Source: Dehalococcoidia bacterium (GTDB lineage: Bacteria > Chloroflexota > Dehalococcoidia > Lucifugimonadales > UBA1123). Taken from it: DNA of 64,000 nucleotides. Every line of letters starts with the position of its first letter. Within the stretch, counting starts at the first letter, position 1. The notes under the pieces are model-generated. The model ran no database searches, was not told the DNA's origin, and saw only the letters and a program-made list of their open reading frames with translations. Position numbers and translations under genes: made by a program. This document shows positions 54,117-63,992 of the stretch, piece after piece. The stretch spans positions 2,366,929 through 2,430,928 of the forward strand of contig OY762210.1 in assembly GCA_963665255.1 (NCBI GenBank), in the 5' to 3' direction.

Positions 54117-55364
54117 TTACGCCATGCGACTGTACACCACACAGGCGTTCTGCCCACCGAATCCAAAGCTGTTCGATAGAACATGGGTAACGTCAGCTTT
54201 CCTGGCCTCGTTGGGAACGTAGTCAAGGTCGCAGTCCGGGTCCGGGTTTTCGTAGTTGATCGTCGGGTGGATAATCCCCTGCTGAATCGACTTTACACAA
54301 GCTACGCCCTCTATGGCGCCTGCCCCTCCAAGGGCGTGACCAATCATCGACTTTGTCGAACTAATGGGAACGTCGTAGGCTTCATCACCGAACGCGAGCT
54401 TTATAGCCATCGTCTCCACAAGGTCGTTGATCGGTGTGGAAGTACCGTGTGCATTAATGTAGCTAATGTCTCCGGGCGCAAGATCCGCGTCCGCAATCGC
54501 CCATCGGATAGCCCTGGCGGCTCCAGTTCCGTCCTCGTCAGGTTGAACTGCGTGAAAGGCATCTGAAGAGACGCCGTAACCTGTAACCTCCGCAAGGATT
54601 TCAGCACCCCGGCTTTCGGCGTGCTCCAGGGTTTCCAATACCAGGACTCCCGCGCCCTCAGAGGGAACGAATCCGTCTCTATTGGCGTCGAATGGCCTGC
54701 TGGCTCTCTCAGGCTCTTCATTCTGTCGACTGAGCGCCTTGATGACGTTGAACCCACCAAGACCAAGCTGGCTAATCCCTGCCTCGCAGCCGCCTCCAAG
54801 CACCACGTCCGCGACTCCACGCTGGAGAGCGACCGCGGCCTCTCCGATTGCCTGTGTGCCCGCCGCACAAGCCGTTATGACAGTTGATGTATAGCCTTTG
54901 AGACCATAGATACGGCTCACATTGGCCGCAGCCATGTTGGGGAGAATCATCGGGATGAAGAATGGCGACATTCTCATTCCACCCCTTCGAACAAGTATGC
55001 GGGCATTGTCCTCGGTCGTTGGAAACCCGCCGTTGCCATTGCCCATGACAACCCCAATCCGGTCCTCGTTCGCCTTTGACAGGTTGAGCCCGGCATCCTC
55101 GATCGCAACCCCAGCGGCAGCAACCGCCATTTGCGAGAAACGGGCCATCCTTCGATGTTCACGACGATCAATGTAGTCGCCCGGGTCAAACCCTGTGACT
55201 TCGCCTGAAATCCGGGACGGGAACTCAGAGGAATCGCAGAGCGTCATCGGCCCGATGCCAGATCTGCCGTTTACCAGGCTATCCCAGTAATCGTCGATAG
55301 ACTCGCCCAAAGGCGTCATTGCTCCCATGCCTGTAATCACCACTCGAGTTGTGGCGTTCTTCAT
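54117..55364 (-). CDS. fabF: beta-ketoacyl-ACP synthase II
   Basis: Active-site Cys context ITACAAGTQAIGEA, His motifs NAHGTSTP and GHALGGAG, 415 aa. AGGAGA RBS. Confidence 0.93.
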   Translation of the reverse strand: MKNATTRVVITGMGAMTPLGESIDDYWDSLVNGRSGIGPMTLCDSSEFPSRISGEVTGFDPGDYIDRREHRRMARFSQMAVAAAGVAIEDAGLNLSKANEDRIGVVMGNGNGGFPTTEDNARILVRRGGMRMSPFFIPMILPNMAAANVSRIYGLKGYTSTVITACAAGTQAIGEAAVALQRGVADVVLGGGCEAGISQLGLGGFNVIKALSRQNEEPERASRPFDANRDGFVPSEGAGVLVLETLEHAESRGAEILAEVTGYGVSSDAFHAVQPDEDGTGAARAIRWAIADADLAPGDISYINAHGTSTPINDLVETMAIKLAFGDEAYDVPISSTKSMIGHALGGAGAIEGVACVKSIQQGIIHPTINYENPDPDCDLDYVPNEARKADVTHVLSNSFGFGGQNACVVYSRMA

Positions 55365-55399
55365 GAGGCTACTCTCCTGTACTATCCGACTGCGCTCTG

Positions 55400-56806
55400 T
55401 TAGTTGTCGACAAGAGGCCGGTGGACCGGCCCTCTAAGGTTCTCATAGATTTCGGGTTCAATTCCCTCGAGTTCCTCGATGGCCTCGGCGGCCAGGGCAA
55501 TGGAACCCGAACAGAGTATCAGGTCGTCTGGTTCGGCTGCCTCGATTGCATATCGCAGGCCATCGGCAACCGTGACGAACTCGCCGATCAGGTTCAAGTC
55601 CATACTGCGAACTCTTTCACCAGTGACGCTCGCTCGTGCCGAGCGTGGATGCCTTGACTGCACTGCGATTACATCGGGGCTCATGTCTGCGAAGACTTCC
55701 AGCATTCCTTCGGCACTATGGCCGCCCAGGGACCCGAACACGAGTAAGACACGACTGGAATCCATGAGCTGTTTAATAGTCTCGATGAGCCTCCCTACCG
55801 AATACGGGTTGTGGGCGCCATCGACAGTTATCATCTTGCCATTTCGTTCGTAAATCTGGAACCTCGCGGGCCAACAGACGTCCCGCACCCCCTTGACGAT
55901 GGAGTCGTACGAGATGTCGTGACCCCGGTCTTGAAGCACTTCTATTGATGCTACTGCAGTTGCCACGTTCTCAATCTGGTGGTCGCCGAGAAGTGGCGTC
56001 CACAGATCATAGTCGCACCCTTCTGCTGTGACCATGATCGATTGTCCATTGAGATCCGACGATGTCCCCCGCATCTCAAAGTGCTCAGTCACCTTCACCA
56101 TGGGAGAGCCACGTTCATCCGCTACACGGTCAAAGACCCGCATGGCCTCTTGTGACCACTGCGGACCAATCACGCAGGGAGTGTCCGGCTTTATTATCCC
56201 GGCCTTTTCAGTTGCGATCTTTGCAATCGTATCGCCGAGGGTAGCCGCGTGGTCGATGCTGATCGACGTTATCGCTGAGACCTCGGGAGTAACGATGTTG
56301 GTGGAATCAAGCCGACCTCCCAGTCCAACCTCAAGCACCTGGAAGTCGGCTCCGATGTTGCGAAAGTGGACCATCGCCAGTACGGTCATCATTTCGAAGA
56401 ATGTGACCCCTCCGTAGGGGCCATTTGATCCGACATCCTCGACTGCGGGCCAGATCTGGGCGACCAGCGCTGCAAACTCTTCACGGGAAATCGGATCGAG
56501 ACCGACTCGGACCCTCTCACACACGGTATGCAGGTGCGGTGATGTGAACAGACCGACCGTGTACCCGGCGCTTGACAGTATCGACGTTATGAGAGCGGAC
56601 GTACTGCCCTTCCCTTTGGTGCCGGCGACATGAATCGCAGGTACGGCGCGGTGCACATTTTCCAGGCGTTCCGCGAGCAGACTGACCCTCTCCAGGTGAA
56701 AGCCTGAATGTCCTGGAGAGTGAGTCGAGCGTTCGAAGTCGGCGAGTCCCATCGCCAGATCGATAGCTTGATTGAAGTCGAGTGTCTTTGGAGTAGCTGC
56801 AGACAT
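55400..56806 (-). CDS. folC: bifunctional folylpolyglutamate synthase / dihydrofolate synthase (Mur ligase family)
   Basis: P-loop HVAGTKGKGSTS and Mur-ligase middle and C-terminal domains. Start at ATG 56806 (MSAATPK...). The track ORF adds 30 codons. Confidence 0.88.
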   Translation of the reverse strand: MSAATPKTLDFNQAIDLAMGLADFERSTHSPGHSGFHLERVSLLAERLENVHRAVPAIHVAGTKGKGSTSALITSILSSAGYTVGLFTSPHLHTVCERVRVGLDPISREEFAALVAQIWPAVEDVGSNGPYGGVTFFEMMTVLAMVHFRNIGADFQVLEVGLGGRLDSTNIVTPEVSAITSISIDHAATLGDTIAKIATEKAGIIKPDTPCVIGPQWSQEAMRVFDRVADERGSPMVKVTEHFEMRGTSSDLNGQSIMVTAEGCDYDLWTPLLGDHQIENVATAVASIEVLQDRGHDISYDSIVKGVRDVCWPARFQIYERNGKMITVDGAHNPYSVGRLIETIKQLMDSSRVLLVFGSLGGHSAEGMLEVFADMSPDVIAVQSRHPRSARASVTGERVRSMDLNLIGEFVTVADGLRYAIEAAEPDDLILCSGSIALAAEAIEELEGIEPEIYENLRGPVHRPLVDN

Positions 56807-56917
56807 GGAATCGCGGCTCACTGCGTGATGAGATCTACCACCGCTAAGTACGGATACTGTAGCGCACCGACAGTCCGTATTCCACCACTTTTGCATGTTG
56901 TCCCAAGCGGATGGCAG

Positions 56918-58306
56918 TTACTCATGAAGCTCCAGAGGTGCCGCGGCAAGATTCAGCAGGTCTGGTATGTAAGACTCCAGCACGCGCAGGTCCACGGAGG
57001 GGTACTCCAGGTCTGGGACGATGTTCCTGTGGTAGTGGAAGGCGCGCTCAAGTGCAGCAATAGGCTTGGAAGCCTCGAACGCCTGCTCCAGGCGGTCGAT
57101 TGGCACAATCCCTTTCCACTCTTCCAGATAGGTGTCAACTAGTGCCGGACTCCTGGAGACCTGAGGAATAAGCGCAGGATCGAAGAGAGGGTTGGAGATG
57201 GAAGAGTCCGACCAGTCCATGATTACCGGCACACCATTCCTAACGAACATGTTGCCTGCATCGAGGTCGCCGTGGCTAAGGGTCTGGGGAAGACCAACTG
57301 AGTCAACCAGGTGGCAGAGCTCATCCACCAGTCCCAAGTAGGGATAGAGACGTTCCAACGCCTTCTCAGTGCGTTCAACTTCGTAATTGAGACCCAGGGC
57401 GCCTGGGTCCCGCGACCACGCCCTGAGTGTGACGGGGATCACCGACGTGGAACGCCGTTCCAGTCCAAGCCTATCCAGCAGACTGGTGTCATCCGCGAAT
57501 CCGATCTGCACCCTGGCTAGTGCTCGCATCGCATCGCACCAGAGTTCGACGCTGTCGGCGGCTCCCAGGGTAAGGTCCCCCAGGTCCTCCATCAGCATCC
57601 AACCACGATCCAGGTCCACCGCGGCCAACTTCGGACTGACTTCGGGGAATCGTTCAGCCACTACACCGGTAAGCGCAGCCTCTTGCGAGAAGAACGCCGG
57701 AGATGCCTTGAAGTAAAGTCGCTCCGAGCCGGACCCTGTCTCGACATCTGCACGCACCACGTTGGAAATCGACCATGAGCGAATGGGCGTAAGTGTCACC
57801 TGATCCGCAGCACACCGTGATTCAACGTGGCCGTAGACCCACTCTCGCGCTTCGAATTCCCACTCTCCAGGCCACTCCCAGGGCACGAAGGGCCTTTCTG
57901 GCGATCGCCCAAGCCGCTCGCATTCCAATCGAACTGAGTCCAACTGCGAGTCGTCAAGGCCGCCCAGACGATCGACCCTAACCACATCGAGCCAACGAAA
58001 TGCATCGCTCAGTGGTCCGCCATCATCTGAGGCTACAAGGGAATAGATCCGAGGCCTTGCCTCGCTGCCGCCGCCCTGATCTAGGCACCTAAGTACGCGT
58101 GCGTCGACCCCCAGGGTACGTGCTGCTGCATTTACGAACTCTTCGATCTCGGGGTAGAAGCGATCAAGCACGCGTACTTCGGGAAGGGTCGGAAGATCGC
58201 CGGCCGTCACCGCAATCTCTGTACCGCTCTCGGAGAATACTACCGCGAGTGCCGGGATATACGCCTCGCCTGACCCGTGGTGGTCAGAGTTCGATGACCC
58301 CGACAC
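56918..58306 (-). CDS. aminoglycoside/choline-kinase-like phosphotransferase (APH family) with ~150-aa N-terminal extension
   Basis: Brenner motif HGDLDAGNMFV and metal-binding IMDWSDS. GTG start overlaps the upstream CapA-like gene by 23 nt. Confidence 0.7.
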   Translation of the reverse strand: MSGSSNSDHHGSGEAYIPALAVVFSESGTEIAVTAGDLPTLPEVRVLDRFYPEIEEFVNAAARTLGVDARVLRCLDQGGGSEARPRIYSLVASDDGGPLSDAFRWLDVVRVDRLGGLDDSQLDSVRLECERLGRSPERPFVPWEWPGEWEFEAREWVYGHVESRCAADQVTLTPIRSWSISNVVRADVETGSGSERLYFKASPAFFSQEAALTGVVAERFPEVSPKLAAVDLDRGWMLMEDLGDLTLGAADSVELWCDAMRALARVQIGFADDTSLLDRLGLERRSTSVIPVTLRAWSRDPGALGLNYEVERTEKALERLYPYLGLVDELCHLVDSVGLPQTLSHGDLDAGNMFVRNGVPVIMDWSDSSISNPLFDPALIPQVSRSPALVDTYLEEWKGIVPIDRLEQAFEASKPIAALERAFHYHRNIVPDLEYPSVDLRVLESYIPDLLNLAAAPLELHE

Positions 58307-59612
58307 CGTCCTGTACTCTCACATTGGCACCGAGCGGTTCGGAGAGCCGTTTCATTCTCTCCAGCGAGTGCTGACTGGACCGTCCGGTCGCGAGAACCGG
58401 CCTGCCCCTCTGCGACCTTGCCTTACTGTGTCCAAGATCGATCGGGTGAAGTTCAATCCGGTGTAGCTCACCGGCCCTGAACTCGCAGCGAGCGACCACG
58501 CTGTTCCAGTAGATCGCGTCCCCTGGGAATCCACGGGTGTCGTTCTCACTTCGCCGATCGTAAAAGTCGGCCGGAGTGCTTTCAGGTCCCAACCCTACGG
58601 ACTCGAAGTTGAACGCAGGCTGCCATTGCACCGTGTCGTTCTGGAATATGAAATTACCGAGGCTGTAAAAGATCGGCTTACCTTCGTAGATCTCTACTGC
58701 CCGCGTAACGTGTGGGCCGTGACCCAGGAACGCATCTGCGCCGGCGTCGATACATGCCCTCGCGAAAGCCTGCAGGAACTCCGGAGGCTGGTCCGTGGTG
58801 TCTCCGCTCTCGTGACAGTGGAACGAGACGAAAACCCAGTCTGCCATACGGCTGGCGTCCTTGATCCACTTCAGGTTTTCGTCCATGTCGCGCCGGTTGG
58901 GCCGGGTCGACTTGCCGAACTCCTCGCCGAGTACGAATTTCTTACCCAGGAACCCGAGCTGGGTGTCGTTGTCCTCCATCACGGTGCCCTTGGGTCTAAA
59001 CCGTCTCTGGGCTGCATTACCAGCCTCGAATCCCAAGTTGCGGCTTACGCGCTTCATCGAGTCGAATGCCGGGCGGTCAACAGTGTAGGTCACTGAGTGG
59101 CGAAGGGCGTTGAGTCCTGGCCTCCCATGCAGGTCAGGACGCTGGTCCATAGCCCTGCCCGCCTCGCTGAACGTTGACGACGCGGAGATGAGCGCAACCC
59201 TGCCGGCATTCGTGTCCAGATACCCTGGAGCCCGAGCCTCGCTCTGGTTGCGACCTGTACCGGCGAACGCCATCCCAATTCTCTTCAGGTGGCCGATGTT
59301 GGTAAGTACACCGCCTTCCCCATAGTCGTAGCTGTGGTTATTGGCGGTTGACACGAGGTTGATGCCCGCCCAGCGAAGCTCTTCCAGGTTTGCCGGGTCA
59401 GAGCCTGTAAAAGTGCCGCCGGCCATACCCGGAGAGTGCTCGAAGTCGTGCATGAGCATCTCGAGGTTGGTGTAACCGACGTCAGCGTTCCTGAACAGAT
59501 CGACAAGTGAAAGGAACTTTGGTTCCTTGAACACCGAAAGGCGTCGCGTGATCATCGTATCGCCGCTGGCGACGAGTGTAAGGTTCCCGGATTCTGCGTC
59601 GTAGAGAGTCAT
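58284..59612 (-). CDS. CapA-family metallophosphoesterase-like protein (PGA_cap domain)
   Basis: ASGDTMITRR, TANNHSYDYGEGG, HCHESG and GHGPH metal-ligand-like motifs. 442 aa. Confidence 0.75.
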   Translation of the reverse strand: MTLYDAESGNLTLVASGDTMITRRLSVFKEPKFLSLVDLFRNADVGYTNLEMLMHDFEHSPGMAGGTFTGSDPANLEELRWAGINLVSTANNHSYDYGEGGVLTNIGHLKRIGMAFAGTGRNQSEARAPGYLDTNAGRVALISASSTFSEAGRAMDQRPDLHGRPGLNALRHSVTYTVDRPAFDSMKRVSRNLGFEAGNAAQRRFRPKGTVMEDNDTQLGFLGKKFVLGEEFGKSTRPNRRDMDENLKWIKDASRMADWVFVSFHCHESGDTTDQPPEFLQAFARACIDAGADAFLGHGPHVTRAVEIYEGKPIFYSLGNFIFQNDTVQWQPAFNFESVGLGPESTPADFYDRRSENDTRGFPGDAIYWNSVVARCEFRAGELHRIELHPIDLGHSKARSQRGRPVLATGRSSQHSLERMKRLSEPLGANVRVQDGVGVIEL

Positions 59613-59624
59613 AGTTGTAGCAAG

Positions 59625-60188
59625 TCAGTCTGTTCCTGGGTCGTACTCTGCTGCCAGCATTCCCATCACAACCGAGTTGGCCCTCTCTTCACCGTGTGGC
59701 CTGCTCTGACGCAGCGTGCCCTCGTGAACGAACCCAACCCGCTCGAATAGCGTACGGGCCGACAGGTTGAACTCAGGGATGTCCACCCATACTCGGTAGA
59801 GCCCATATTCGTTGAAGGCGAGATCCAGTGCGGCCCTAATGCTCGGGAGTCCGTAGCCACGAGTCCACCGACTGCGTTGTCCCATCAGAATCGACAGTTG
59901 GCCATCGCCAAGCGCCTCATCCAGTCCAAGGTGGATCTCCCCAATGTGTTCACCGTCGTCCGTGTACACGGACATCGTCACATGCGATGGGTCTTCCAGC
60001 GCGCGCGCGAACTCCTCGTCCGTGGCGTCCTCCATTTCGGCGGGCCGGTACCCGAGGTGGGCAGGTTCGCCATAAGCGTATCGTCCGAACCAGCTGTCTG
60101 TGGTCTCTTCGTCCTCGAGCCACTGCCTGATTCTGGTCACGTCTTCTCGCGTGACCCCTCTTAGGGAAACGGTTCGTTGTCTGGTCAT
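59625..60188 (-). CDS. GNAT N-acetyltransferase (RimJ/RimL-like)
   Basis: 187 aa. VSLRGVTREDV...WF N-terminus and RGYGLPSIRAAL acetyl-CoA loop. GGAGA RBS. Confidence 0.8.
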   Translation of the reverse strand: MTRQRTVSLRGVTREDVTRIRQWLEDEETTDSWFGRYAYGEPAHLGYRPAEMEDATDEEFARALEDPSHVTMSVYTDDGEHIGEIHLGLDEALGDGQLSILMGQRSRWTRGYGLPSIRAALDLAFNEYGLYRVWVDIPEFNLSARTLFERVGFVHEGTLRQSRPHGEERANSVVMGMLAAEYDPGTD

Positions 60189-60360
60189 AGGAGTCTCCGT
60201 AGCCTGAGAACCAGGAAGAGATAGTCAAATGAGATCGTGGGTATGTCGTCTTATACTGGTGACGACTTCCCTGCCAGTATTATACATTGACGAGCACATA
60301 TATGGCTTGCAACACGATCTGCCAGTATTCATTCTGGCTCATCCCGGAGGAAATCGCACA

Positions 60361-61536
60361 ATGTCAATTCAGCCAGTAGTGCAACAGGCGCAGGAGTACA
60401 TGACGTCACGGGACGTGGACGGATGGCTCGTGTACGACTACAGAGGCCTCAATCCAATACTGTCGGACACGGTAGGCCGGGTCGGTCATGTCACCAGGCC
60501 GGTGTGGCTCTGGATACCACAACAAGGCGATCCACATATGTTGGTCAGCTTCGTTGACCAAAGTCGGTTCACTCACCTTGGAATCGATACCACCCTCTTC
60601 GTCAACCGCAACGACATGATCGACAAGTTGAAGACCAGGCTCGGTACGTCGAGTTGCATTGCGATGGAGTACACACCTGATGGTGCCCTTCCCCGCGTAT
60701 CCAAGGTGGACGGTGGAACGCTCGAGATGGTTCGAGGCCTGGGCGTGGATGTTGTGTCTTCTGCCGACCTCCTCCAGTATGCCACTCAACGCTGGACCGA
60801 CGAGCAGCTTGCCTCTCACATCTTTGCAGCAGAGATGCTGACCCAGATAGTAGATGAGGCGTTCAAGCACATCGGGCTTACTCTCGACGAAGGCATAACG
60901 GAGTTCGATACTGCCGAGTTCATACGCAACCGGTTCCTGGAAAGCGGCTTGGTCGTGACAGATGGCCCGGCCGTTGCAGTCAACGCACACGCCTCTGATC
61001 CTCACTTCGACCCCACTCCCGAAAACTCGGTGAGGATCAAGCGAGGCGACTGGGTACTGATCGACCTGTGGACCCGACTGCCTGGCGAGGACGATATGTT
61101 CGGTGACATTACGTGGACCGCCTATGTGGGAGACGACGTTCCGCCAAGACACCAGGAAGTGTTCGACAACGTCCTTGGCGCCCGGGACGCCGCACTGGCA
61201 GAGATGGTGACAGCGTTCGAAGAGGGCCGCACCCTCCAGGGCTGGGAGCTGGACAAAGTGGCGCGGGACTACATCGAGGGGACAGGCTACGGCGAGTACT
61301 TCAACCACAGACTCGGCCATAGCCTTGGACGTGAGGTCCACTCCAATGCCGTCAACCTGGACTCGTGGGAAACATACGACACACGTCAGCTAATCCCAGG
61401 TATTGCTGTGACCATCGAGCCCGGAATCTACGTCCCCGAATTCGGAGTGAGGTCAGAGATCGACGTCTTCTACTCCGAAGACGGTCCGCAGGTCACGACA
61501 GAGATGCAGCGCGAGGTTGTGCTCATCGAGAGCTAG
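60361..61536 (+). CDS. M24-family Xaa-Pro aminopeptidase/dipeptidase
   Basis: Pita-bread metal ligands (VLIDLW, HRLGHSLGREVH, TIEPGIY, SEIDV). ATG 60361 lies 10 nt after GGAGG. The track ORF starts 44 codons earlier. Confidence 0.88.
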   Translation: MSIQPVVQQAQEYMTSRDVDGWLVYDYRGLNPILSDTVGRVGHVTRPVWLWIPQQGDPHMLVSFVDQSRFTHLGIDTTLFVNRNDMIDKLKTRLGTSSCIAMEYTPDGALPRVSKVDGGTLEMVRGLGVDVVSSADLLQYATQRWTDEQLASHIFAAEMLTQIVDEAFKHIGLTLDEGITEFDTAEFIRNRFLESGLVVTDGPAVAVNAHASDPHFDPTPENSVRIKRGDWVLIDLWTRLPGEDDMFGDITWTAYVGDDVPPRHQEVFDNVLGARDAALAEMVTAFEEGRTLQGWELDKVARDYIEGTGYGEYFNHRLGHSLGREVHSNAVNLDSWETYDTRQLIPGIAVTIEPGIYVPEFGVRSEIDVFYSEDGPQVTTEMQREVVLIES

Positions 61537-61538
61537 GG

Positions 61539-62777
61539 CTAGTTCCCTGCGTCCAACTGGTTTGCAGTCTTGGGAAGTCTTGTGGCCCATAGGATCAGCG
61601 CTCCGAGTATTACAAGCGCGCCTCCGAAGATAAACGTTGCCGAGTTCCCCCACTGGTCTGCGACCCAACCGGCAGCCCACGGAGAGAACGCGCCGATGAA
61701 GCTCGCGCCGTATATCAGCGAAACTACTGTCGACTGAGCCTGCCCCTGCGCGACGTCCATCGCACCCGCGATGTAGATGGTGTGAAGCGAGTACAGGAAT
61801 GCGCCCATGACCAGAACTACTAGCACCAGTTGCGGTCCAGGTTCCGCGAACCTCAGGCACATTATCAGGAGACCCAGCGCTAGCGTGCATGGCACAAGTA
61901 CGACCTTGCGCCCGAACTTATCGGAAAGGAACCCCATAATGGGCTGCGCGACGATTCCGGTTACCTGCGCTCCCGACATGAACAGACCGATTACGACCTT
62001 TTCGTATTCAAGGTCTTCCAGCAGGTATACAGGCAAGAATCCCATTACCGCCGACTGCCCGGAGCTTCGAAGAGCCGTCACGAAGACGAGGGACAGCATC
62101 GCCTTTCGCTTTACCAGCGTCGCAAGGGAGTTTAGGTACTGCCCCAGCGACTCGGCGTCTGCGGCTCCAGCAGGAATACTCCTCATCATCAGGTAGACGG
62201 CGACAGCAATAATCAGCGCTGGGAACACGCTCATGTGGAGCACGTCACGCCAGTGGAAGGCAACGAGGTACGTCCCGCTGATCAGCCCTCCCGTCAACAC
62301 CGGTCCTACAACCTCGCCAACGCTTCCACCGGTGCCATGCAGTGAGATGGCAAATCCGCGTCTGTCAGGGAACTTCCTGGAGAGCGACGCAATAGCCGGT
62401 GGGTGATACAGCGAAGGTCCTATTCCGACGAGCAGCATCACCGCAAACAGGAACCAGTAGCTCGGCGCGCTACCCATAAGGTAGTAGGAGACGCCCATGA
62501 TGCCCAGTGAAAGCATGAGCATCAGGCCCGACCTGTTGGCGAACCGGTCTCCGAGATAGCCGGCGATCATCGTCGTCGTGCCACTCGTGACTCTCTGCGA
62601 TGTCGCAAGCAGTCCAAACTGAGTGCCGCTGAGTCCGAGGTCGTCCTTTATAACCGCCAGGATGACCGACTGGAGCCCTGAGTTATAGATGTGTTTCACG
62701 GTGTGCCCAAGGACAACCGTGAACGCAAGCTGGTTGCGTCCCCTCTTTGTTTCCTCGGTAACCTGAATTGTAGCCAT
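61539..62777 (-). CDS. MFS transporter
   Basis: 412 aa with 12 predicted TM helices and an MFS loop motif (GYLGDRFANR). Confidence 0.85.
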   Translation of the reverse strand: MATIQVTEETKRGRNQLAFTVVLGHTVKHIYNSGLQSVILAVIKDDLGLSGTQFGLLATSQRVTSGTTTMIAGYLGDRFANRSGLMLMLSLGIMGVSYYLMGSAPSYWFLFAVMLLVGIGPSLYHPPAIASLSRKFPDRRGFAISLHGTGGSVGEVVGPVLTGGLISGTYLVAFHWRDVLHMSVFPALIIAVAVYLMMRSIPAGAADAESLGQYLNSLATLVKRKAMLSLVFVTALRSSGQSAVMGFLPVYLLEDLEYEKVVIGLFMSGAQVTGIVAQPIMGFLSDKFGRKVVLVPCTLALGLLIMCLRFAEPGPQLVLVVLVMGAFLYSLHTIYIAGAMDVAQGQAQSTVVSLIYGASFIGAFSPWAAGWVADQWGNSATFIFGGALVILGALILWATRLPKTANQLDAGN

Positions 62778-62804
62778 CGTATTAGAAGACCGCCTTAATG
62801 AACG

Positions 62805-63992
62805 CTACTGGTGCCGTCTGCCCTCATATGGGTGCTCAGCGCCCAGGAGATCGCCTTCATCGAACCGGGTCGACCTGAACTGGCCGACTGGATGGTCACT
62901 TGACTCCCCGCGGAGCACCAGCTCAGCAACCATACGGCCCACGACTGGGGACAGCTTAAATCCGTGTCCGCTGAATCCGACGGCCCAGTAGAGACCTTCG
63001 ACAGTTTGAGAGCGGTCGAGTATCGGATTACCGTCCGGCGTCATATCGTAGAGTGATCCGTATCCACCACGGCAGATCGCGTCTTGGAATTCTGGGAATC
63101 TGAGCTTCGCACGTTCCCAGAATCGGGTGATTACGTCGTGGTCCGCATTCAGACCGAACGCGTCCGGGTTGGCAACTTCCATCAGGTCTTCGAGTGCCTC
63201 ACCGCCGATAACCGTGTCGTAGTCTGAATATGTACGGAAATAGGCTCCCGTTGAGTAGTCGACTATGTTTGTGTTGAGATTCTCTAGTGGAGGGGGCCTT
63301 CTCATGTGCACCATCTGGACGCGAATGGGAGTAACCGGCAGCGACTCTCCTACCGTAGCCCCGAGCTTATGGCACCAGGGCCCTACTGCGGCAACCACAG
63401 TGGAAGTCTCAATCGTCCCAGACACTGTCTCGACTCCGCTAATCTTCCCACTGGAAGTGACAAGGCCCAGGACGGGAGTCTGCGTGTGTATCTCGGCGCC
63501 GTAGTCCCTCGCCCGCTCGGCGTAGGCGTATGTGGTCGCGACGGGGTCAGCGTGGCCCGCGTCCGGCTCGTACGTGCCGATGGTGATCTCCTCCATGCTT
63601 GCTTGGGGAACCATCCCGGCGAGATCTACTGGTGTCAGTGTCTCTATGTTGACACCAAGATCACGGTTCATCTCGACGTTAGCGCGAACGGCAGGCTCGT
63701 CCCGCTCCGGGAACATCAGTATCCTGCCACCCTGGATGAACCGAGGGTCGCCCCCAACCGCATCTCCGAAGTTCTGGAAGATCTCTCTCGATTCAGTCGC
63801 CATCCTCACCAGTGTTGGATGCAGGTAGTGTTCACGCACCATCGCGCCGGATCGGCCGGTCGCACCACCGGCTAGATGACCCTTCTCCACAAGCACAACC
63901 TTGCCTGCGCCCATGCGAGCCAGGTGCATGGCGATGCTCGTCCCGTTCACTCCGCCACCGATTACCACAACGTCCGCAGTCGCACTTGTCAT
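62805..63992 (-). CDS. FAD-dependent oxidoreductase (DAO family; sarcosine oxidase beta / D-amino-acid dehydrogenase-like)
   Basis: N-terminal Rossmann DVVVIGGGVNGTSIAMHLA, a C-terminal GFSGHGFKLSP motif, 395 aa. Confidence 0.88.
   Translation of the reverse strand: MTSATADVVVIGGGVNGTSIAMHLARMGAGKVVLVEKGHLAGGATGRSGAMVREHYLHPTLVRMATESREIFQNFGDAVGGDPRFIQGGRILMFPERDEPAVRANVEMNRDLGVNIETLTPVDLAGMVPQASMEEITIGTYEPDAGHADPVATTYAYAERARDYGAEIHTQTPVLGLVTSSGKISGVETVSGTIETSTVVAAVGPWCHKLGATVGESLPVTPIRVQMVHMRRPPPLENLNTNIVDYSTGAYFRTYSDYDTVIGGEALEDLMEVANPDAFGLNADHDVITRFWERAKLRFPEFQDAICRGGYGSLYDMTPDGNPILDRSQTVEGLYWAVGFSGHGFKLSPVVGRMVAELVLRGESSDHPVGQFRSTRFDEGDLLGAEHPYEGRRHQ

Noticed and set aside
55400-59612. 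Poly-gamma-glutamate capsule locus (CapA plus a Mur-ligase-family enzyme as CapB)
   Set aside because: The ligase has the FolC P-loop and length rather than CapB features. No capC or pgsE-like small membrane genes are present. CapA-family domains occur widely outside PGA synthesis.
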